Source: Candidatus Gottesmanbacteria bacterium
GTDB lineage: Bacteria > Patescibacteriota > Microgenomatia > UBA10105 > UBA927
Direction of reading: 5' to 3'
Assembly (NCBI GenBank): GCA_903821745.1
Contig: CAIJMI010000005.1
Coordinates: 1-55,050, forward strand
DNA length: 55,050 bases
In this document: positions 8,974 through 18,381 of the stretch, piece by piece
Numbering within the stretch: the first letter of the stretch is position 1
Layout of the letters: each line of letters starts with the position of its first letter
Made by a program: the position numbers and the translations under genes
The notes under the pieces: model-generated
Databases searched by the model: none
Told to the model about the DNA's origin: nothing
The model's input: only the letters and a program-made list of their open reading frames with translations

Positions 8974-10311
8974 ATGGAAAAATTTATTGTTTCTGGTCCG
9001 ACAGTGCTTCACGGTGATGTAACAATAGCGGGAGCAAAAAATGTTGCGTTAAAAGCAATTGTCGTTTCACTTTTAACAGAAGAACCCATCATTCTTCATA
9101 ATATGCCGCATATTCGAGATGTTCTTTTAATGCTTGAGGTTGTTCGAAGTTTAGGAGCAACGGCAACATTTGAAGGAAATACCGTCCATATTTTGGATGG
9201 GAAAACAGGAAGCACCACGGTTCCACTTGAAATTGGAGCCCGTCTTCGAACGTCATCAATGGTGTTAGGACCCATGCTCTCCCGTTATGGAAAAGCAATG
9301 ATTCCAAATCCAGGCGGATGCAGAATTGGCGCCCGTCCTATCGATCGGCATATTGAAGGATTAAAAGCGATGGGTGCAACGATTGATTATAGTTCGACGG
9401 ATGGATTTTTCCATGCCGAAGCAAAACACTTACATGGAGCGGATATTACATTTGAAAAAAATACGCACACAGGGACGGAAACATTAATTCTTGCTGCCGT
9501 GTTGGCTGACGGAACAACTGTGCTTCGCAATGCGGCCGAAGAAGTTGAGATTGATGATTTGATTTCGCTTCTTTGTGCAATGGGTGCAAATATTAAAAGA
9601 ACTGAGAAACGGGAAATCACAATTACTGGGGTCCCCAAACTTCATGGGACAGAATTTACCATTATGTCGGATCGTAATGAAGAAGTAACTTTTGCTATTG
9701 CAGCCGTTGTTTCAAAAGGAAAAATTGTTGTTCATCATTCAGAACGGAGATTTTTGCAGGAATTTTTAACGGTATTTGAAAAAGCCGGAGGAAAATTTCG
9801 CGCCATCGATGATACAACAACCGAATATTTTTATGGCGGTCCATTAACAGCTGTTGATGTAACGACGGGGCAGCATCCCGGTTTTATGACAGATTGGCAG
9901 GCGCCGTGGGCAATTTTGATGACACAGGCAACGGGTATTTCAACGATTCATGAAACAGTGTTTGAGAACAGATTTAGTTATGTGGAAGAGCTTAAGAAAA
10001 TGGGAGCGACTATTGAATATTTCGATCCGGAGGTTGCCAATCCAAAAGAATTTTACAATTTCAATTTTGAGGATAAAGCGCAAGATGCACATCAGGCAAT
10101 TCGCATTACCGGCCCAACGCCACTTCATAATGCAATAACGTCCATGAGTGATCTTCGTGCAGGAGCAACAGTTGTCCTGGCGGCAATTATTGCGCAAGGC
10201 AAAAGTTATATTCATGGTGTTGAACAAATTGACCGAGGATATGAGCATATTGAAGAACGATTACGACATTTAGGTGCGTCAATTGATCGTATTGAAGAAG
10301 ATACGATATAG
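8974..10311 (+). CDS. murA: UDP-N-acetylglucosamine 1-carboxyvinyltransferase
   Basis: MurA/EPSP-synthase fold signatures (GAKNVALK, active-site loop PGGCRIGARPIDRH with the catalytic Cys, SDLRAGATVVLA). Confidence 0.9.
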   Translation: MEKFIVSGPTVLHGDVTIAGAKNVALKAIVVSLLTEEPIILHNMPHIRDVLLMLEVVRSLGATATFEGNTVHILDGKTGSTTVPLEIGARLRTSSMVLGPMLSRYGKAMIPNPGGCRIGARPIDRHIEGLKAMGATIDYSSTDGFFHAEAKHLHGADITFEKNTHTGTETLILAAVLADGTTVLRNAAEEVEIDDLISLLCAMGANIKRTEKREITITGVPKLHGTEFTIMSDRNEEVTFAIAAVVSKGKIVVHHSERRFLQEFLTVFEKAGGKFRAIDDTTTEYFYGGPLTAVDVTTGQHPGFMTDWQAPWAILMTQATGISTIHETVFENRFSYVEELKKMGATIEYFDPEVANPKEFYNFNFEDKAQDAHQAIRITGPTPLHNAITSMSDLRAGATVVLAAIIAQGKSYIHGVEQIDRGYEHIEERLRHLGASIDRIEEDTI

Positions 10312-10333
10312 GGAAAGTCATAAAAGGAGGATT

Positions 10334-11656
10334 ATGAATACTAATCTACATGTGGCATTACTTGCGGGTGGTGAATCAACGAGGTTTTGGCCTTTATCTT
10401 CAAAAAATGAAATGGTGTTTTTAGGCAAGCCCCTATTGCTGTGGCATTTTGAACAATTACAAAGAATAGGATTTTCAACCATAACAGTTGTTGTGAATGC
10501 GGAGAATGAAGAAACCATCAAATGTATTGTTCCACCAAAGGAATTGCAAGTAACTTATGTGATTCAACAAGGTCAGGGACAGGGTGAAGCAGTGAAAGCA
10601 CTTGCTCCAGTAATTGGATCTTCTCCGGTACTAATTCTAAATGCCTCTGACTATTATGCTGATAATTTTCTTCTGTCATATAAAAAGCATATAGATAAGA
10701 GCGATGGCGTTGCCATTCTTGGAGCGGTACATACGGATGATTATTTTCCTGGCGGGTATTTAACGGTAAATGAGTCAGGATTAGTTACAAAAATAATTGA
10801 AAAACCGACTCCTGGCACTGAACCAAGCACCATAGTTCGAATTAATGCAGATTATTTTCCCGATTGTTCAGCAATAACGAACGCAGTAGAGAAAATTTCT
10901 GCTGACCCAAAAAATGCATATGAGGAAGCAATGAACGCGCTTATAAAAAATAATATGGTGTTTCAGGTTGAGATTACCCCCATGAATTCCTGGCACCATT
11001 TAAAATATCCATGGGATACACTTTCGATGATGGACGTCTTTTTGTCAACGCTTACGAAAAAAAACATTCATAAAAGTGTTGTGATAAAGAATCATGTGAC
11101 CATTGAAGGTTCGGTTATTATTGAAGAGGGAGTGAAAATTTTTGAGGGATCAAAAATTGTTGGTCCAGTATACATTGGGAAAAATACCATTGTTGGAAAC
11201 AATAATATTATTCGATCCTCGATGATTGGAAGTGATTGTGTAACAGGATTTAATACGGATATTACAAGAAGTTACATAGGACATAATTGTTGGTTTCATA
11301 GTAATTATATAGGGGATAGTGTTCTTGGAGATGATATCAGTCTTGGATCAGGCGCAGTTCTTGCAAATTTACGTCTTGATGATGGTGAAATTTCAAGCGT
11401 CGTAAAAAAAGAGAAAATTCAGACAGGAAAAAATAAATTGGGCGCAATAATTGGATCTCATGTGCGAATTGGTGTGAATGCAAGCATCATGCCGGGAATA
11501 AAAATCGGTAGCGGTTCTTTCATCGGATCAGGAGTCATATTGGATAAAGATATTGCGGATAAGCAATTTTGTGTCGGAACGCCCTCATCGTATACCGTTA
11601 AGGCAAATACCGCAGTTCCTGCAGCTTCTCGAGAAGCATTTCGAAAAGGATTATGA
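10334..11656 (+). CDS. sugar-1-phosphate nucleotidylyltransferase fused to a left-handed beta-helix acyltransferase (archaeal-type GlmU analogue)
   Basis: AAGGAGG (10324-10330) lies 3 nt before ATG 10334, so the track's 10274 start is a spurious extension into murA. N-terminal NTP-transferase motif LLAGGESTRFWPLS. C-terminal hexapeptide repeats with the ANLRLDDGEI...TGKNKLGAIIG insertion that I associate with archaeal bifunctional enzymes. Confidence 0.7.
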   Translation: MNTNLHVALLAGGESTRFWPLSSKNEMVFLGKPLLLWHFEQLQRIGFSTITVVVNAENEETIKCIVPPKELQVTYVIQQGQGQGEAVKALAPVIGSSPVLILNASDYYADNFLLSYKKHIDKSDGVAILGAVHTDDYFPGGYLTVNESGLVTKIIEKPTPGTEPSTIVRINADYFPDCSAITNAVEKISADPKNAYEEAMNALIKNNMVFQVEITPMNSWHHLKYPWDTLSMMDVFLSTLTKKNIHKSVVIKNHVTIEGSVIIEEGVKIFEGSKIVGPVYIGKNTIVGNNNIIRSSMIGSDCVTGFNTDITRSYIGHNCWFHSNYIGDSVLGDDISLGSGAVLANLRLDDGEISSVVKKEKIQTGKNKLGAIIGSHVRIGVNASIMPGIKIGSGSFIGSGVILDKDIADKQFCVGTPSSYTVKANTAVPAASREAFRKGL

Positions 11657-12699
11657 CACGTCCATATGTTTTAATACTTGAAGGTGGGAGGTCTGTTGAA
11701 TACGAAGTATCACTTCGTTCTTCTTTAGGAATTCAAAAAGCATTACGGGAATCAGGATACCAAGTCGGTGTTATTCGTATAGAAAAGGACGGGTCTTGGA
11801 GTGATATTCGTGGTGATTGGTTTACGGAAAAAAGAAAGTTTGTGCTTTCTGTAGATCCACACGCATATGCAGCATTTGGAAAATTCGTTGTATTTCCCGT
11901 GCTGCATGGTCCATATGGAGAAGATGGAACAATACAAGGAGCACTGGAATTAGCAAATGTTCCTTATGTTGGGTGCGGCGTGTTAGCATCGGCTCTTGGC
12001 ATGCATAAAGGACGCCAAAAAGAATTATTTACCCGTCAAGGACTTCAGGTAGCTCCGTGGATATCGTGTACACGAGCCGATTGGCAAGAACAGAAAGAAC
12101 AAACGTGCAAGAAGATATTAAAATTTTTTTCAGAAAAATATCCATTGTTTGTGAAACCAATCTGTACAGGATCGAGCGTTGGTATTTCAAAAGTGCAGGA
12201 TCAAGAAAGTTTGATGCAGGCAATAGACAACGCATGCACTTTTGATGGTGAAGTTATCATTGAAACAGGTGTCTATCCAATGAGAGAAATTGAAGTAGCC
12301 ATTCTTGGAGCAACTAAGCCTGAGTCTTCCGTTATCGGAGAAATTATTCCAGATCGAGAATTTTATGATTATGATGCAAAATATAGTCCAACAAGTAAAA
12401 CGGCCCTTCGCATAGATCCAGATGATATTGATCCGTTAATAAAAAATGAGATTCGATTACAAGCAGTGGCAGCTTTTAAAAGCATTGGTTGTTCGGGTCT
12501 CGCACGAGTAGATTTTTTTCTGTCAGGTAAAACAATTTTTATTAATGAAATCAACACGATGCCAGGATTTACGACGATTAGTATGTACCCAAAATTATGG
12601 GAAGCAAGTGGTGTATCGTTTGGTCATCTTTGTGAACAACTGATTATTTTTGGACAAGAAGTTTGGAAAATGAAACAACAAAATAAGACATCTATATGA
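11653..12699 (+). CDS. ddl: D-alanine--D-alanine ligase
   Basis: EGGRSVEYEVSL N-terminus and ATP-grasp motifs (FVKPICTGSSVGISKV, ARVDFFL, INEINTMPGFT). ATGA overlap with the upstream gene. Confidence 0.9.
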   Translation: MTRPYVLILEGGRSVEYEVSLRSSLGIQKALRESGYQVGVIRIEKDGSWSDIRGDWFTEKRKFVLSVDPHAYAAFGKFVVFPVLHGPYGEDGTIQGALELANVPYVGCGVLASALGMHKGRQKELFTRQGLQVAPWISCTRADWQEQKEQTCKKILKFFSEKYPLFVKPICTGSSVGISKVQDQESLMQAIDNACTFDGEVIIETGVYPMREIEVAILGATKPESSVIGEIIPDREFYDYDAKYSPTSKTALRIDPDDIDPLIKNEIRLQAVAAFKSIGCSGLARVDFFLSGKTIFINEINTMPGFTTISMYPKLWEASGVSFGHLCEQLIIFGQEVWKMKQQNKTSI

Positions 12700-14087
12700 A
12701 AAATAAAATATCACTTTTCCTTTTACGGTGGGCAGCAAAAAGAAAGCTTGCTCGTCTTCGCCCATTCATTATTGCGGTAACTGGCAGTGTTGGAAAATCT
12801 ACATGTTTAACGCTACTTGATGGTGTAATTTCACCACTTAAAAAAACAAGAACGACCAAAAAAGGAAATAGCGAATCAGGTTTGCCGCTGGAAATATTGG
12901 GTATCCGGAATGAATTAGTGGATTATCGATTGAGTACATGGATAAAAATTGTACTGCATGCACTCTGGATTGGACTGTTCGGAGATGATGATACATACGA
13001 TGTATTAATTGCAGAGTTTGGAATTGATAGTCCGCATCCTCCAAAAAATATGTCATATCTTTTAACACTTATTCCGCATCCCGATATTGCAATGGTTATA
13101 TCTGTTGCGCCAGTTCATACGGAGCAATTTTCGGGCGGATTATCGCTTCACGATAAAACTGATGAATCAGTAATTTTATCAAGAATTGCAAAAGAAAAAA
13201 TGCTACTTGCGCATGCGGTTTTACCGAAAGGTCATACTATTCTTGCAATTGATTCTTCATATATTAGACATGAGGCAGAAACGCTTCATACAAATGTAAT
13301 TGCAGTTGGAACTAAGAGTACCGCCGATTATAAATTAGTGGATGTGCGCGCTACTCTCCATGACGGATCAGTTGTTACTTTTATACATGAAGAAAAAACA
13401 CACAAAATTACATTCCCTCACATGGTGGTGTTTAAGGAAAGCGCGGCTACGATAGTTGCGGTTATTGCAGCAACCGAAATTATGGGTATTCCCATGAAAC
13501 AAAGTATTGAGACGATTGAAAAAATATCCCGATTGCCTCCTGGGAGGTTGTCCGTGTTAAACGGAATAAAAAATACAACAATAATCGATAGCAGTTATAA
13601 CGCGTCACCAGAATCAATGCGAGCAGCGCTGTTATTTTTAAAATCACTTGATTTAAAAAAAGGAAAAAGAATTGCAATACTTGGGGACATGCGAGAACTC
13701 GGTCCGCTTGCAGAAAAAAAACATCAAGAGCTTGCGCGTATAGCCGCGGAGAATGCAGATTATGTTGTTTGTATCGGACCGTTAATGCGACAATTTTTTG
13801 TTCCTGAAATTTTGCTTGCAGGATTTAAAGAGAAGAATCTCACGGTTTTCGAAACTGCTCAAGGAGTGGGTAGTTTTCTTTCTAACGTACTTCGAGAAGG
13901 CGATGTCATTCTCGTGAAAGGATCACAAAATACCATTTTCCTCGAAACCGTTGTTAAAGACTTATTACAAAAAGATACTGATGTGCATCTTTTGTGTCGT
14001 CAGTCAGCATATTGGGAAGATGTGAGAGCTTCATTTTTTTCTTCACATCCACAATCGGTATATGGAAAGTCAACATATTCAAAATAA
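12696..14087 (+). CDS. murF: UDP-N-acetylmuramoyl-tripeptide--D-alanyl-D-alanine ligase (MurF), lacking the N-terminal domain
   Basis: P-loop AVTGSVGKST at residues 27-36; MurF-type TKKGNSESGLPLEILG, HTEQF and IIDSSYNASPESMRAAL motifs. ATGA overlap with ddl. Confidence 0.8.
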   Translation: MKNKISLFLLRWAAKRKLARLRPFIIAVTGSVGKSTCLTLLDGVISPLKKTRTTKKGNSESGLPLEILGIRNELVDYRLSTWIKIVLHALWIGLFGDDDTYDVLIAEFGIDSPHPPKNMSYLLTLIPHPDIAMVISVAPVHTEQFSGGLSLHDKTDESVILSRIAKEKMLLAHAVLPKGHTILAIDSSYIRHEAETLHTNVIAVGTKSTADYKLVDVRATLHDGSVVTFIHEEKTHKITFPHMVVFKESAATIVAVIAATEIMGIPMKQSIETIEKISRLPPGRLSVLNGIKNTTIIDSSYNASPESMRAALLFLKSLDLKKGKRIAILGDMRELGPLAEKKHQELARIAAENADYVVCIGPLMRQFFVPEILLAGFKEKNLTVFETAQGVGSFLSNVLREGDVILVKGSQNTIFLETVVKDLLQKDTDVHLLCRQSAYWEDVRASFFSSHPQSVYGKSTYSK

Positions 14088-14724
14088 AAAAGACAACAAA
14101 GAAATTGTTGTGCATAGTCTTTCTGTTGGTCAACTTGCAACTAATTGTTATATTCTGGCTGCAGGCGGAAAAAATTATATTATTGATCCTGGGGGAGATG
14201 GAACATATATCGGAGAAACACTTCTTAAACTCCAAATGATTCCACAAGCTATTTTTTTGACGCATGGGCATTTTGACCATATGCTTGGAGCATTTGAAAT
14301 CAGCACTGCTTTTGGTATTCCAACATATGTAAGTAAGCGTGACTCATTTTTGGTTGAGCGGATGCAACAGACGGCTGAACATTTTTTGAAATACGCAGTT
14401 GATGATATCCCTCCAAAACCTCTTTTCTTTTATGAAGATGGAAAATTGCTGGATAGCAACGTCAGAATTTTGTACACACCAGGTCATACTCCTGGGAGTG
14501 TTTGTTTGGACGTTGTTGGATTTCCGGTTCTATTTACGGGCGATACGTTATTTGCAGGCGGTTTTGTCGGAGAAACAAATCATGAGTATAGCAGTAAACA
14601 GGAGCTTCAAAAATCACTATCACTTATCAATGCATTTGAGGAAGAAACCATTCTTTTTCCGGGTCATGGAGAAAGTACCACGCTCTATGACATTCGCCAC
14701 ACAAGCGAAAAAGAACTTGTATGA
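14062..14724 (+). CDS. MBL-fold metallo-hydrolase (glyoxalase II-like)
   Basis: HxHxDH motif (LTHGHFDH), later TPGHTPGS and a C-terminal PGHG. Overlaps the murF end by 26 nt. Confidence 0.8.
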   Translation: MESQHIQNKKDNKEIVVHSLSVGQLATNCYILAAGGKNYIIDPGGDGTYIGETLLKLQMIPQAIFLTHGHFDHMLGAFEISTAFGIPTYVSKRDSFLVERMQQTAEHFLKYAVDDIPPKPLFFYEDGKLLDSNVRILYTPGHTPGSVCLDVVGFPVLFTGDTLFAGGFVGETNHEYSSKQELQKSLSLINAFEEETILFPGHGESTTLYDIRHTSEKELV

Positions 14725-14731
14725 ACGCTAT

Positions 14732-15130
14732 ATGAAAGGTATACTTAAAAACGGTACATATTCTATGAATAACGGTGAACGAACACATAAAGACTCTTTT
14801 AAAGATGCATTTGCCGGCTTGAAGTGGGTACTGGCCACGCAACCAAACTTTCGTATCCACGTAGTTCTATCTGTGCTTGCGCTTCTTCTTGGTGTTTTTC
14901 TTCATTTGTCGGCCATTGCAATGGCAATAATTGTGTTTACGATCCTTTTAGGGTTAACTGCGGAGATGATTAACACATCAATTGAAGCAATGACCGATTT
15001 GATTACAAAAGAATACCGAGAAGAAGCAAAAATAGCAAAAGACGTAGCAGCAGGAATGATGCTTCTGACTGCAGCTGGCGCTGTCCTTGTTGCGGTGTGT
15101 ATATTTATTCCATATATCGTTACGAATTAA
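14732..15130 (+). CDS. dgkA: DgkA-family lipid kinase (undecaprenol/diacylglycerol kinase)
   Basis: Three TM helices and the family motif AEMINTSIEAMTDL...AKIAKDVAAGMML. In-frame ATG 14732 is chosen because the 14399 start would overlap the MBL gene by 326 nt. Confidence 0.75.
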   Translation: MKGILKNGTYSMNNGERTHKDSFKDAFAGLKWVLATQPNFRIHVVLSVLALLLGVFLHLSAIAMAIIVFTILLGLTAEMINTSIEAMTDLITKEYREEAKIAKDVAAGMMLLTAAGAVLVAVCIFIPYIVTN

Positions 15131-15132
15131 TT

Positions 15133-16179
15133 ATGGTATTTTTACTTGGTGCATTATTATTTTCTTGGTTTTTGAGTAGTGTATTGTATATCCCGTTTAT
15201 TCAGCTTCTATATAATCTGCGCATGCAGCGTTTAAAACAGGTTACCCTTGATGCATTTAATAAACGTACACCTATTTTTGATAAATTTCATCAAATAAAA
15301 GCAGGTACTCCGGTAGGAGGAGGAGTACTTATTATTTTAATTACAACGATACTTTTCCCGTTAACACTTCTCCTGATGAAATATTTTTGGATACCGATCA
15401 CAGCGGTGTATCCAATAGCGGCAGAAATTAAAATACTACTATTTACGTTTATTTCATTTGGTTTGTTAGGATTTTTGGATGATTTAAAAAAAACGTTCGT
15501 TTTGAAATCCGACTTTTTTGGACTGCGGTTAAGACATAAATTAATTCTTGAGATTATCATTGCAGCAGTTATTAGCTTTTGGTTAGTGACAGATCTTCAT
15601 ATAAACATTTTCTATGTCCCGCTGTTTGGTGTTATTCATATGGGTTGGTGGTTTATACCTTTTTCTATGTTTACCATTATTTCGTTTGCCAACGCATTCA
15701 ATATTACCGATGGACTCGATGGTCTGGCATCAGGAGTGCTCACGATTGCACTTTTGGCATTTTGGATCGTCTCAGCGTCCATTCTTGATACATCTCTTTC
15801 TGTTTTTTTGGCGCTGTGGATCGGAAGCTTGCTCGCATTTTTGTATTTTAACGTATATCCTGCACGTATATTCTTAGGTGACGTTGGTGCATTGTCGTTT
15901 GGTGCTACGTTTGCGGTTGTTGGATTAATCTTAGGAAAAGCACCAGCGCTTATAATTATCGGATTCGTATTTATCATTGAAGTTGCATCATCATTGATTC
16001 AACTATTGTCAAAAAAGTTTTTTCACAAAAAAGTATTTCCCGCTGCGCCCTTTCATCTATTTTTGCAATATGCAGGATGGCCGGAGCCAAAGATTGTTAT
16101 GCGGTTCTGGATTCTGTCTATTGTGTTTGCAGCATTTGGATTGTTTATTGCATTTCTCACAAAATACCCCTTGCCATAA
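15133..16179 (+). CDS. mraY: phospho-N-acetylmuramoyl-pentapeptide transferase
   Basis: Polytopic membrane protein with NAFNITDGLDGLA and GDVGALSFGA motifs. ATG 15133 lies immediately after the dgkA stop. Confidence 0.9.
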   Translation: MVFLLGALLFSWFLSSVLYIPFIQLLYNLRMQRLKQVTLDAFNKRTPIFDKFHQIKAGTPVGGGVLIILITTILFPLTLLLMKYFWIPITAVYPIAAEIKILLFTFISFGLLGFLDDLKKTFVLKSDFFGLRLRHKLILEIIIAAVISFWLVTDLHINIFYVPLFGVIHMGWWFIPFSMFTIISFANAFNITDGLDGLASGVLTIALLAFWIVSASILDTSLSVFLALWIGSLLAFLYFNVYPARIFLGDVGALSFGATFAVVGLILGKAPALIIIGFVFIIEVASSLIQLLSKKFFHKKVFPAAPFHLFLQYAGWPEPKIVMRFWILSIVFAAFGLFIAFLTKYPLP

Positions 16180-16188
16180 GAAAAATGT

Positions 16189-16983
16189 ATGGACACACGC
16201 CCAATAGGAATCATAGATTCTGGATCAGGAGGATTATCTATTTGGAAAGCACTTATTTCGCTTCTTCCAAATGAAGTAACCATATATATCGGGGATCATG
16301 CACAACTTCCGTATAGCGATAAGACACAGAAATTCATCAGAAATAGAGTGGTAAAACTTATTCGGGAACTTATAAAGCAAAATTGTAAAATGTGTGTTGT
16401 TGCCTGCAATACGGCAACAGTCGCGGGGATTGATTGGTACAGAAAGCAATTTCCATCATTTCCTATTGTCGGTGTTGTTCCGGTTATTAAAACTGCAGCG
16501 GCGTTGACGAAAACGAATCATATCATGGTGTTGTCAACGTTGTTTACGGCAAAAAGTGCATATCAAAAAAAGTTAATTCAAACCTTTGCGTCGGATAAAA
16601 CGGTATTTTCTGTTGGGAGCACTCGACTGGTGTCATTGATCGAATCTTCCAAAAATACAAGAAAAGAAATAGATGAGGAGCTAAAAAAAATACGTACACC
16701 ACATCTGAGTTACCCGATTGACGTTGTCGTACTCGGGTGTACACATTATCCTTTCGTTAAAGATCAAATTCATCAGTTATTTGGGCATGCCGTTTCCGTT
16801 ATTGATTCCGGTGATGCAGTAGCCCGTCACGTTGCCCGGATACTTACAAATATAGGTGGTGTGAATACGCAGCATAAAGCTACGCATATATTTTTTACGA
16901 CAGGAGATGCCGCGATGGTCTCTGCAGTAGTTTCTAAACTTTTGAATCAGCCAACAGTTGTCGAACACGTCTTAATCCCCTAA
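16189..16983 (+). CDS. murI: glutamate racemase
   Basis: IGIIDSGSGGLS plus the two catalytic Cys motifs ACNTAT and GCTHYPF. Confidence 0.9.
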   Translation: MDTRPIGIIDSGSGGLSIWKALISLLPNEVTIYIGDHAQLPYSDKTQKFIRNRVVKLIRELIKQNCKMCVVACNTATVAGIDWYRKQFPSFPIVGVVPVIKTAAALTKTNHIMVLSTLFTAKSAYQKKLIQTFASDKTVFSVGSTRLVSLIESSKNTRKEIDEELKKIRTPHLSYPIDVVVLGCTHYPFVKDQIHQLFGHAVSVIDSGDAVARHVARILTNIGGVNTQHKATHIFFTTGDAAMVSAVVSKLLNQPTVVEHVLIP

Positions 16984-16992
16984 AATAAGAAT

Positions 16993-18381
16993 ATGTCTAG
17001 ATTGGCCGGAAAGACAGTTGCAGTTGTCGGGATATCAATTGAAGGAAGAGATTCGATGGATTTTTTGCTTCAGGAAGGATGCACGATCCTTTGTTGTGAC
17101 AGAAGAGATGAAAAAGAGTTTTCTGATATCATGGCGCTTTATGCAGGTAAACCAGTGACGTTTTGTTTTGGAAATACCTATGCGTCAAAACTGTTGTCTG
17201 CAGATGTCATTATTCGTACGCCCGGTATGTCTCCCAGAACCCCAGAATTAGTAGAGGCACGAAAAAAAGGTATTGAGATAACCAGTGCAACACAATTATT
17301 TTTTGAATTTTGTCAGGCTCCGATTATCGGTGTAACAGGAACGAAAGGAAAAGGAACAACAAGCACATTAATCTATGAAATGCTTAAAGCTGAAGGAAAG
17401 ACAGCATATCTTGGGGGAAATGTTGGTACTCCTTTACTATCAACCGTCAGATCCATGCAACCATCTGATTGGGTAGTATTTGAATTATCTTCTTTTCAAC
17501 TCGAAGACGTAACAGTAAGTCCGCATATTGCAGTCGTTTTGCGTATTACACAGGATCATTTGGCAAATTTTGATGTCAACGCAACGAACTTTCATGAAAC
17601 AAGAGAAGCATATGTCGAAGCAAAATCACAGATTGTTCGTCATCAAAAAGAAGATGATTTTGTCATTATTAATAATGCGGACCATACGGCGCATTCGTTT
17701 GAATATTTGACGAAAGCGCATGTTTTCAGATTTGATCGATATTGTACAAAAGGAGCAGACTGTTTCGTTGAGAATCATGTAGTGACGCTCGTTGAGCATG
17801 AAACGCAAATACGTATTTGTTCAGCAGCTACCGTCAAGATGCGAGGAGATCATAATTTGGAAAATATTGCAGCAGCTACACTTGCTGCACGAGCTGCCGG
17901 AGTTTCTATTGCCGCCATTCAAAAGACGGCAACGACGTTTACAGGACTTGAACACCGGTTAGAATTTGTGAAAACGATAGATGGAGTTTCTTATTTTAAT
18001 GATTCATTTTCAACCATACCAGAAACAACAATTGCAGCAATTGAATCATTTGAGGAGCCAAAAATTCTTATTCTTGGGGGTTCTGAAAAAAAATCAGACT
18101 TTACTGAAATGGGAAAACGTATAGCCTCATCAAACGTTATCGCAATAATTGTAATAGGACAAATGAAAGAACGAATTGTCACAGCGCTGAAACAAGCGGC
18201 ATTTACAGGGGAAATTATTGAAGGGTGCAAATCAATGAAAGATGTAGTGCGAGAAGCAAAACGTCTCTCTCAACCAGGCAGCGTTGTGTTATTAACACCA
18301 GCGTGCGCTTCATTTGGAATGTTTAAAAATTATAAAGAACGGGGGAAAAAATTTAAACATGAAGTTCTTGCACTTGCATAA
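16993..18381 (+). CDS. murD: UDP-N-acetylmuramoylalanine--D-glutamate ligase
   Basis: N-terminal Rossmann-like domain (VAVVGISIEG), P-loop GVTGTKGKGTTS, HRLEFV, NDSFSTIPE. Confidence 0.9.
   Translation: MSRLAGKTVAVVGISIEGRDSMDFLLQEGCTILCCDRRDEKEFSDIMALYAGKPVTFCFGNTYASKLLSADVIIRTPGMSPRTPELVEARKKGIEITSATQLFFEFCQAPIIGVTGTKGKGTTSTLIYEMLKAEGKTAYLGGNVGTPLLSTVRSMQPSDWVVFELSSFQLEDVTVSPHIAVVLRITQDHLANFDVNATNFHETREAYVEAKSQIVRHQKEDDFVIINNADHTAHSFEYLTKAHVFRFDRYCTKGADCFVENHVVTLVEHETQIRICSAATVKMRGDHNLENIAAATLAARAAGVSIAAIQKTATTFTGLEHRLEFVKTIDGVSYFNDSFSTIPETTIAAIESFEEPKILILGGSEKKSDFTEMGKRIASSNVIAIIVIGQMKERIVTALKQAAFTGEIIEGCKSMKDVVREAKRLSQPGSVVLLTPACASFGMFKNYKERGKKFKHEVLALA

Noticed and set aside
14399-14731. 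Long upstream extension of the dgkA ORF (243-aa version)
   Set aside because: It would overlap the MBL hydrolase gene by 326 nt in another frame. DgkA-family similarity begins only after ATG 14732.
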